A program made the position numbers and the translations under genes. DNA of 64,000 nucleotides from Eledone cirrhosa (Eukaryota): assembly GCA_964016885.1 (NCBI GenBank), contig OZ024742.1, positions 92,380,001-92,444,000 of the forward strand, in the 5' to 3' direction. A model generated the notes under the pieces. That model searched no databases. It was not told where the DNA came from and worked only from the letters and a program-made list of their open reading frames with translations. Of the stretch, positions 54,011 to 64,000 are shown one piece after another (position 1 is the stretch's first letter; each line of letters begins with the position of its first letter).

Positions 54011-55700
54011 CTCATCTTTTTTCTTTCTTTTTCTTTTCTTCTCCCTAATCCCCGGATGCCCATCTTAATTGGATGTTTTATCAACGTTCTGTTGCCCTAC
54101 ATTTTTCGGGGATGTCCACTTAACTGCCTTTGTTGTTGTTATTCTTCTCCTCCTTTTGTTCTTGTTCTTCGTTGGGTAAAACGCTTTGCAGTATTTACTT
54201 ACAGCTTATTACTTTGCGAATTCAAATCCCAGCGAAGTCTACTTTTGTTTTCATCCTTTGAGGTTGATATAATCGACTTTCCCTTCCCACAATTCGCTGG
54301 CCATGTGCCGAAAGTAAAAGAACAAGGAGGTAAATGGCCCTTAACTCCTTAAGTCGTAGGGGTGCCTTTCTGACACACAGTGTGTCTTGGATATTTTAAA
54401 CCTGATGGAGCTTATTCCTCTCCATGTCGGAATATAGCCCATTTCATCCGGAGAAGAAAGCAAAACGAAGAGAGAGACAGAGAGGAAATATCGACCCAGT
54501 ACCAAAGCATCTGATCCGGTCCTCATACCACTCTGCCAATCCACAACTTTGCCTAAAGTAGAATTGTTGTTATTGTTGGTCCTTATGTAACTGTGTCTGT
54601 TGCTTTCTTGTCGCTGTTTTTGTTACTTCTGTTGCTGTTGCTGTTTTTTTTTTAACAATGATGTTCCTGTTGGTATTAAAATGTTGTTTAGCTTCTGGTC
54701 CAACTCCGATTGAGATTTTAATCAAACATAGTATTTCCAAGACTACTTTACCAAATGAAGCCCTCTGTTTGTTTTTTGTTTTGGGTTTTTTACAACAGCA
54801 ATGTATTATAAGGGTTTTGGCTTCTATTTTCAATAAGTCGAGCAATTATCAAATGGCTCCTTTGAATGACTATTGCATCTGCTTTATAGGTAGCTTGAGT
54901 CTTATTGATATTTTGTTGTTGTTGTTGATGTTTTTTTTGTTGTTGCTGTTGTTATTGCTGTTGTTATTGCTATCATCTAGCTGTTGATCAAGGTCTAATT
55001 GGTATATTCGTTAGAGCGTCGGAAAAACGCCTTCCGTTATTTATTCCGGTACGATGCATTCTGAGTTCAAATTCTTCCAATGTTAAATTTGCTTATCATC
55101 CTTGAAGGGAGGGGGGTTAGTGAAATGTTTAGAACGTTGGATGTTGTTATAGGTATTATTATGTGTGTCGATATTGGTGTTGATATAATCAAATGCGTTC
55201 CACTTGCGAACAACCTCAGGCTACATTACCAAATGCATCCTTTCTTATTTATGATTTAAGATGTAATTTCTGGGATATTTAGTTGCTGCTGTTCGTTTCT
55301 AGTAAGTCTAGCGAATATCTAGAACAAGGATGAAGTACATGTCGCCTGCAAGAAATATTTCCCTCGCATTAAATTTTGAAACCGTCTGTTGACGAAGTTC
55401 TCTAAAAACTAATAAAAATGTTTAAGTCTTAAGTCCCAAACAGCAATTTAATATAAAACTCAATCAATACCTCATAAGGATATTGAATGAATTATACTTA
55501 TCAGGTTAATTAATGTATCGAAGAATTTTTAATTAATGCTTCTTTGTGATATTGCGTGTATACCTGTATAATTGTAAAATTAAAGAGTCGTTAGTTTTCT
55601 CAGCAAAGATGAGTCCTCTACAAGCTATTGTGCATTTACAATCCATCACAGGCACTAAAAAGGTTCTTTGACACAAAGCCTTCCTGGTTAGCTCATATAT

Positions 55701-55925
55701 TGTAGTGCATTAATAAACAAATACATTAATTTATGTATTGCATTAATGCGTGTAGTCCATTAATAAACAAGTACATTAATTTATGTATTGCATTAATGCG
55801 TGTAGTGCATTAATAAACAAGTACATTAATTTATGTATTGCATTAATGCGTGTAGTGCATTAATAAACAAGTACATTAATTTATGTATTGCATTAATGCG
55901 TGTAGTGCATTAATGAACAAGTACA
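55701..55925. repeat. 50-bp minisatellite, 4.5 copies
   Basis: Unit tgtagtgcattaataaacaagtacattaatttatgtattgcattaatgcg. Confidence 0.95.
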
Positions 55926-56540
55926 AACTCTAGCGTAATAATAAAGTTTATTTGTGAAGTATAACTTATTAGAATGAAGTCTGCTATAGTGTTGTTGTTT
56001 TTTGTGTTGCTGCTGCTATTGCTGTTGTTCTTGTTCCAGATCGAACAGACCTACCACCAAAGGCGTTTCAACTGTGACTACCTCATCTTGTACAGAAACC
56101 GACGGAGATACATTTGCATTTACTATGGTGTATGTAGTACAATGTAATATAGTATATGGTGAAATACTCCCAAAAAGAGACTAAACTCTAGCATTAGCTC
56201 GTATTGCCGTTGAATCACTTTACGTCGAGCAATTTTGCCCCCATAATTCGTTTATTGTTATTTTTAGATATCTTCAAAATGCTAAATATTGGCAGCAGTA
56301 AATGTATAGTTCAGGACGATGTCAGCGGTTATGAAGTTCAAACCAGTTTAGCTCTGTCTTAGGTTGTGTACACTATAAATCGCTGTAAGCTCATAACCTC
56401 ACTGTGATTAATCGACAACTTTTCTCTGATAATAGTCTAGCAAGACTAAATACTAGAAAGAGCAATCTCTTTTCTGCATAGAGAAAGAAAACGACTGTGG
56501 TGTAACCATTTTGTTTACATTCTACAGCGTGGTTAAAGTG

Positions 56541-56742
56541 TACGAGAGTCGGCTGAAAAATTCATAGGCTGGCCAAGATATTCTCAGGGAATGATCAAAT
56601 GAGGTTTATTTTTCAACATAGTTCCTGGAAAGAAACAATGCAGTTATTAACATAAAGATGTGAAATTAACGCATACAAGATTTAACAGCTCTAGCATCAC
56701 TCCTCCATAGTAAGTCTATGAACTTTTCAGCCTGACATCGTA
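56541..56742. mobile_element. Mariner-derived MITE
   Basis: TIRs tacgagagtcggctgaaaaattcatag / ctatgaacttttcagcctgacatcgta. Confidence 0.75.
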
Positions 56743-56819
56743 TGTTTATTAAAAAAAAGTTATATTTTATATTACAAATTGTCAACAAAAAAAATATCAA
56801 TTAACTTGTAGTGACCTAC

Positions 56820-57100
56820 ATTCCGCGGGCTCACATACATTCTCTGTGCGTGATTTGGCTCAGCTCAGCCAATCAGCGCCAGTAGAACAGAATGTATCCG
56901 TACGCGCCCTGAGGGAAAAATTCCCGCTTGAATTTGAGAAATCACTCTCTCGCAACCTGAACATGGTAATGTAAAGACCTCTTGGTCTCTTGCTGCTTGA
57001 ACTCCGAAGGAACGACACGAACAATATGTAACGGTGAGATTTGCACTTTGGCCTGCCGACCTGCCTTTGCATTGTCAACGCATGCGCTATTATGCGATTT
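56820..57100 (+). promoter_or_regulatory. Candidate promoter island
   Basis: Locally GC/CpG-richer, apparently unique sequence with AGCCAATCAG, TTCCCGC abutting TTGAA, AACATG|GTAATG and GCATGCGC. Motif evidence only. Confidence 0.3.
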
Positions 57101-57396
57101 ATACAGACCAGATTAGCTCTGTCAACGGTGGTATAGACAATGAGTAGCTCTTTGTGGAGTAAAGATGTATATTCTTCCTCTAACGAAGATGTGAGAAGAC
57201 TAGAAACTAATCATGTCAATCTGTATTTTTCTACTCACGAAGAAATAAGCCCTGTGGTCTAACTATATTTGTCACTTTACATAACAAGGTTAATATATTA
57301 AATAGAAATATATCTTACATTTCCAATTATGAAAAAGTTATGTATAGTGTATTATTAAATTATATATATTTGTGTGTGTGTGTGCGTGTGTGTGTG

Positions 57397-57509
<113 letters not shown>

Positions 57510-57689
57510 AGAGTTGTAGTAATGAACAGGAGAAAACGTACTCAATACCGGAAGTAATGTCATTTGATTCAGTTAACTGAAACTAGCTAACTAAATATAA
57601 ATTATATATGTGCGCGTTTATATATGCATGTTTACACACACACGTTCACACACACACACATATATAAATGTATATATATATACATATAT

Positions 57690-57737
<48 letters not shown>

Positions 57738-58006
57738 GAAGGTATGGTGTCAGTGTTATACAAATTGTACCATCGCCACCTTATAATGGAAGGCAAGTGT
57801 TAAGATATCCAATATACATCCGTTTTAATGAAGTGCAGGCCAAGTGAAAACTTCAGATTACAAATAAATCCAATGAATTTTGGAGAAAAACTACAGTTTG
57901 CCTATTTGATGCCTATTACTTGATGTTAATTACCACTTCCAAGAAACGGCAGTGGTTCAGAAGATGACAGATGCATGTGTACATGGATCGAACGACAGTA
58001 TATTGC

Positions 58007-58048
<42 letters not shown>

Positions 58049-59191
58049 CATGAACCAGTCACTCCTGAGGGAGTCGTATGGGCGCCATATTGATATACAG
58101 CATCTCTTTTGACAATTTCATACCTGGCGGAGTCCAACTCCTCTCCAGGCGCTATTGCAGATAATATGTCGCAAAAACCTGTTTGATTTCTGGCTAAGCC
58201 CTGTAGCCTTTTTGTTTTTGTCGTTCCAGTTCAAATTTTCATTTCTTATGGCTTCTAAGAGCGAATATAAGTCCATATGGCTGTCGACCTACACCGAGAA
58301 ATTGCCAAAATTTAAAGCCGTCGGTAACCTTTGTTGTCCTTTTTTATAAATAACCTTAGAATTAGGGTACGAATCAATAAAATGTCAACATTTCGTAAAA
58401 TATATTGAATCTACATTCAAGCTAGATCCTGTATATATTCATGTATAAATCTACGCCATTAATAATGCGACACCTATTTACTTTTAAAAATAAAAATACT
58501 GATTTTTTTTATATAGCTTGTGTATAATGCGACTCTAGCTTTTGAACAATACTGGCTGGCCTATCATAGTAGAACATTTCAGTATTGAGTAAAACCTTAG
58601 ACGAATTTTTTAACAAACAAGTATTGATAATTAACCAAATTATCTAGCTTAGATTTTTTTCAAATCTTCTATATAATTTCTCTGGTGTTTTCATGTTTGT
58701 TTGTTTTTTTTTTATTTGCTTTTTTTAATATTTATTGGCCATTTATCTGTTCATAGTCACCCACAAATATTGAGAAAAATCACTTAAAACACCTGATAGA
58801 ATGGAAATTTTACAGATACACTTGCATTCGTTCATACTTGACTTCAGCATTCAGAGCACTGCCGTGGGCTATCGGCAGCCATAGTAGTACGCTTCTATCT
58901 ACTGGTCCTGCCTCCTAAGTAGCCTTGTTTTTTTTCCCCTTTTGTTAGTACATGAAGATCAAAACCTCATCCTCAATAAATGCCACTAAAAATCGACAAA
59001 TACCTTGTATAAATGAAGTCTTCGAAGATTTTACTTAATAAATGTTCAATAACAGAAGTATTATTTACCGCAGCGTAAAGAATGTACTCCTGTAGTATCT
59101 AATACTTTGTGTACAATTTATATAACAGTGGAATATGTGATCATAAGGCACCTCAATTTATGTTCAAATATATGGATATTATTACTCTATA

Positions 59192-59335
59192 GGCGGAGAT
59201 ATGGCTGGTTGGTTAATGAGTTCGCTTCCCAACCAGTTGGTTCTGAGTTCAGTCTCGTTGCGTGGCCCTCTAGACGAATGCTTTGACTAATGCTTTGTCA
59301 GTGTAATTTGTTAAACGGAAACTGCAAATGGCCAT
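59192..59335 (+). mobile_element. Second tRNA-derived SINE family, diverged
   Basis: tggctggttggttaa (A-box-like) and gagttcagtctc (B-box-like); relative near 28775-28900. Confidence 0.5.
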
Positions 59336-59666
59336 CGATACTAGAGTTGTGGGTGGACGTGTTCACACACAATATCTGCTGATATTAGGTAATTTTCTGC
59401 CTATTATACTTTTAATAACAACTCTTATGGACTGAATGCAGCACAGAAACGTGATCCGTCCAGGAATTTGATACGGAGGTATCATTACCAAAGTACTGCC
59501 ATCTTACTTACTGATTAACTATTGTATGTACTCTGAATGATAGTCTGCATTTTCTCACTTGCAAGCACTTTAGCTCATTCAGTGATTGAATAAGGAATGG
59601 CTGGAACTTGCTGAAATAAATTCGGTGACCATCGTAAATTAATGTGTGTGTATATATATATATATA

Positions 59667-59761
<95 letters not shown>

Positions 59762-59909
59762 GTATTTATGTATATATATCGGTTACACCATAAAGCGTTC
59801 AACATTTAGGAGCTAAATTCTTAAGGTAAACATTGATGCAATTTAATTCAAGCACTCAACGTACTTTTTCCACATAGGAATGACGGAGTATATTTAGAAT
59901 ATGAAAATG

Positions 59910-60016
<107 letters not shown>

Positions 60017-60060
60017 TACATGTGTATATATATATATATATATATTTAATATAGAAATGG

Positions 60061-60107
60061 CTTCTACAGGACTGGAACTGTTTCATTCGGAGGAAATCAT
60101 CAGGAAA
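60061..60107 (-). ncRNA. Type I hammerhead motif
   Basis: UUUC CUGAUGA u UUC(CUCC)GAA u GAA ACAG(UUCCAGUC)CUGU A GAAG; decayed relative at ~49960-50010. Confidence 0.65.
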
Positions 60108-60309
60108 GCTTTCCTGATTATTTATAAATATCTATACTCTGCTATGTATTGAGTACCTTACTTACTGTGGTTACCCCCGATTGAAGCCGGGATAAACATA
60201 TTTATATATATATATATATATTTATTTATTAAAATAACAGATTAAAGTTTAAGCAAAGAATCGCTGCTTTCACCCTTAACGGGATCTTCTGAAACTAGTG
60301 TGTGTGTGT

Positions 60310-60475
<166 letters not shown>

Positions 60476-60789
60476 TTATATTCGTATCTGTCTGTGTCCA
60501 GTAAGTTAGTATTTCGATAAAAGAAGAAATCTTCTTCACTCACTTATTCCTGAGAGAAAAAGTAAATACCAGACTTGGGAAAATAAGAATTGGGTTCGAT
60601 ATGATTGATACAATGATAATTTATTGTATCAAAATATTTTAAGAATGAATAACTGTGAAGAATAAGATAACAATACCAGTAAGTGTAAAGAATAAAATAT
60701 ATGTTGATAAATATAGATAATCAAAAAAAGATAAAATAGGGGAGACAATTGAAACATATAGGGGACGGATGGATGGACGGACGGGTGGA

Positions 60790-61566
60790 CTTGTGGAGTC
60801 GTAGAAGTGCCGTAGTGGCCGACGGCATTTAAATGTCTTGGGCATTTACACCTGCCGAAGTTCATCCCTCTCCAGGTCTGAATACAGAGAATGGCAGAGA
60901 GGAAGTGAGAATGAGATATAGCTGAAGAATTGACCCAGTACTGGAATGTTATTTCTTTTTTTATCCTCCTCGAAAGAAAGAAAAGCAAAGTTGACCTCGG
61001 CTGGATTTGAATTCAGGGCGTAGAGAGCAGAAAGGAATACTGCAAAGCAGTTTATAAGACGTCCTAACGCTTCTTCCAATTTGCTGCCTCATACGTATTC
61101 GAGGAAATAAGAACAGCACTGTAAACATATGCAAATGAAGGTGCACGCAAATTCGAGAAACGAAAAATATACTATCGTTAATTCTTCCTTTATATAAGGT
61201 ATTGGTAGATTTTAGGTAGCGTGTATGTATGTATGGACCCATAACTCCCAAGGGGGTCATAGGGGTGCAGCAATGATATAGGGCATTTCTTGGGGTATTT
61301 TCAAACCTGGCTGAGCCCATCTCCTCCCCAGGTCTGAATACATCAGATTTCCTCAAGAGAAGGGTAGAGATGAGAGAATGGAAGAGGAAGAGAGAAAGAA
61401 GTATAGATGAAAAATCGACCCAAGTAATCGACTGGTACTTTTTTATCGACCTTGAATGGATGAAAGGCAAAGTTGACCTCGGCAGGATTTGAACCCAGAG
61501 AAAACTCGAAACGAAAACTGCAAAGCATTCTATCTAAAGTTCTAACTACTCCGCCATTTCACCGCC
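60790..61566 (-). mobile_element. Two composite SINEs
   Basis: About 60790-61088 and 61237-61566, same layout as 10448-10761. Confidence 0.6.
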
Positions 61567-61969
61567 TTTTTTAACAACATACATATTGAATAATGTTCTG
61601 CTCATCATGTAGTAACAGAAAGAAAGAATCTAGGCTATAGAAGGGTGACTAAGGGCGCTTGCCAGTACTATTAATGTGAATTAAGGACACTGTGAGAGTG
61701 TACGGTAGGCCTACAAGTTAAGCTATAGTCACCGAAAATGCATGAATATCAACTCGCTTCAAACAAATACCTGAATATTATAGGGAAGGGGGTGGAGACA
61801 GAAGGCGACAACAAACAAAAATAGATGAAGATGACTGGAAAATAAACGAAAATTAGAAGTTTTCGAATAAACATGTAGCCATCTTCAGAGGTATGACGTT
61901 GTAGCTAGGAAATGAAATGTTAATAGAGCAGTTGGGAATAATGAGCAAATGGATGCAAAAGAGGTAAGA

Positions 61970-62135
61970 TTGAGGGTTTAACGTCATGCTTTCCAGCATA
62001 GTTACGTCCCTTTACGATCTGAGTTCAAATCCCGCCGGGGTTGACTTTGCCTTTCATCCTTACGGGGTCGATAAAATAAAGTACCAGTAATGCACTGGTA
62101 ACTGTTGGCCTTGTGCCTAAAGTAGAAACAATTAT
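61970..62135 (+). mobile_element. SINE family A
   Basis: Matches consensus. Confidence 0.8.
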
Positions 62136-62244
62136 TTACGTACTAGACATCTGATCAGATTTGAAAATACAACTTTAGTGGAATGTATTTTAAAAATTAA
62201 TAGGATGGATTTGGTGGAAGATTGATAGATAGATAGATAGATAT

Positions 62245-63895
62245 ATTTCTTTATTAGCCACAGGGGCACAAAAGAAGGGGACAAATACAAAGGGTGAAGT
62301 TTACATACAATAAAAACGTGTAAAATGTTATCACAAATGCAATTTAAAAAATTAGTCGATTTTCCCCAATAGAGGGAGACAGTTCATATGGGTAACACAT
62401 ACCCCCGAAAAAATGTGCAACCCTCATCTCCAGGAGTACGAAGAGTTTGTACTCCTTTCCTCTCCTCCTCCTTTTCCTCAACCTACAGGCTGATATAGAG
62501 AGAAAGCCCATTCACTCGGGCCATTCTCGCCACTTTCACCCACCTTTCATAAAACTTGCTGGGGTACAGCACCTCTCTCTCCATCCTGATACTTCTTCCA
62601 AGTGGTATTTGAAAAAAAGAATCAGTTGTTGGCCGAAGAGAAAGGTGTCTGACCTCAGCCCTTTCAACCTTGTCCACCATACAACCTCTTTCGCCATAGC
62701 TATCACACAAAGGAAAACCGCTTCTCCTTCGTTTTTGAAGCAGGGTGGTGGTTTGATCATGACAATGGACTCGATGGTCAACCGGATTGGTCCCACCCGC
62801 GACAATAGTCGTTCTACATAGCCCCACAGGTCAGTGACGCCCGGGCAGTGTATGAATGCGTGCGCGACGGTTTCTTCGTCTCGCACGCACCTCGGACAGA
62901 TCTTTTTTGCAGGGTTTCTGCCCGGGCGTCCATGTCTGTAGAGCTTGTCTCGAACTGGTAGAGCTCCTCGGTAGCACTGCCAGGCCAGTGACTTTTGGAA
63001 GTTGTCCATCGGTCCCGCGCGGGAGATCCTACCGAACAGACTGGCCACTTCATCTTCCTCTACGCCTAGAGCTTCACTGAGCGCGTCGTCGCACTTGCTG
63101 CGGATCAACCCTCTATAGAATGACGAAATGGAGTCTCCACTGATCGCCGGGTCCGTCTGCTAGCGGGCTGTGAGCGCCTGAGCACATTCGATGTGCCAGT
63201 CGCCCATTTTCCTCGGTCTTTGCTTGACCCAGGACTGCAGCTCGGTCAGCGAGACGAGTCGTGGGAAGGCTCGCCTCACGAACGGGGCCCACACCGGTTG
63301 TCCGGTGAGGAATACGTAGAGATGCCGCAGCCTGAGCGCGTATTTGCGCATCGTCAACCACGGTATCCCCAGCCCTCCGTTAGAAATGTGTTGGCAGCAG
63401 ATGGATCTTCTCACCAAAGGAGCATGTTTCTTCCAAAGGAATTGGAAGAGCGCGCGCTCCATTTTGGTGAGCGTTTTGGCTGGACAATGCACGACGGTCA
63501 AGCGGTAGTAGATGGCGGACGCTATAAAAGTGTTCGCCACCTCCGCTCGACCTTTCAAGGATAGTTTGCACTCGGCCCACTTCTGGGTGAGTGCAAACAC
63601 CTTGGCCGTCACTTCGTTCCAGTTCTTCTCCACCTGGAGGTCCGGACCAAACCAGACCCCGAGCAGCTTTACTGGTCCTTCCGTCCAGCGTCCGACGACG
63701 CCATCGGAAGGCATCGGTTTGCCTTTCCACGATCCGAGTTGCAAACCGATGGACTTGTCCCGGTTCAGCTTCGCTCCTGTGAAACTTTCGTATTCCTTCA
63801 GTAAGGTGCCGACTTCCTCGATTTGCGAGGCGCTCGACACCATTACTGTACCGTCGTCGGCGTAGGCCGACGCCGCTTTCCGCAGTCCCGGTTCC
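62245..63895 (-). mobile_element. 5'-truncated Tx1/L1-clade LINE in (GATA)n
   Basis: AYADD at ~63850-63870, LSLKGRA, GGLGIP, LPVR and CPRC..ETVAHAFIHC. In-frame stop at 63160, frameshift near 62600, ORF end 62483. (GATA)n on both sides. Confidence 0.9.

Positions 63896-63896
<1 letters not shown>

Positions 63897-63980
<84 letters not shown>
63897..63980. repeat. (GATA)n
   Basis: Direct reading. Confidence 0.95.
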
Positions 63981-63981
<1 letters not shown>

Positions 63982-64000
63982 CTTTCTTTTTATTTGCCAC

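Noticed and set aside
55701-55925. 50-bp palindrome-rich array as CRISPR or retrozyme
   Set aside because: No spacers and no ribozyme core; simple minisatellite

Overview
AT-rich eukaryotic (metazoan) DNA that is almost entirely repeats. The SINE families and the very high (TA)n/(GT)n/(CATA)n/(GATA)n load suggest a cephalopod such as Octopus, but that is inference. I find no convincing host protein-coding exon. Most ORF-track entries are translated microsatellites. Recognisable content: a decayed RTE LINE (1.8-3.6 kb); CRE-clade LINE fragments; a near full-length but disrupted R4/Dong-clade RT+RLE element (30.7-34.8 kb) plus truncated relatives, all inserted at the same phase of (CATA)n; a 5'-truncated Penelope-like GIY-YIG element with ~775 bp inverted termini (50.1-53.4 kb); Tx1/L1-like LINE pieces, the best flanked by (GATA)n; a ~600 bp non-autonomous RTE derivative (3 copies plus a variant); many tRNA-type SINEs; a deleted mariner, MITEs, a probable non-autonomous Helitron and minisatellites. 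The main hidden signal is about a dozen type I hammerhead ribozyme motifs from several unrelated short modules, mostly embedded in (TA)n. Many have non-standard cores (U3-A8 covariation, U4C, mismatched 10.1-11.1, long stem II). One set forms a retrozyme-like tandem array with a 318-nt cleavage-to-cleavage period at 38.3-39.3 kb. All folds were read by eye and no activity is demonstrated.
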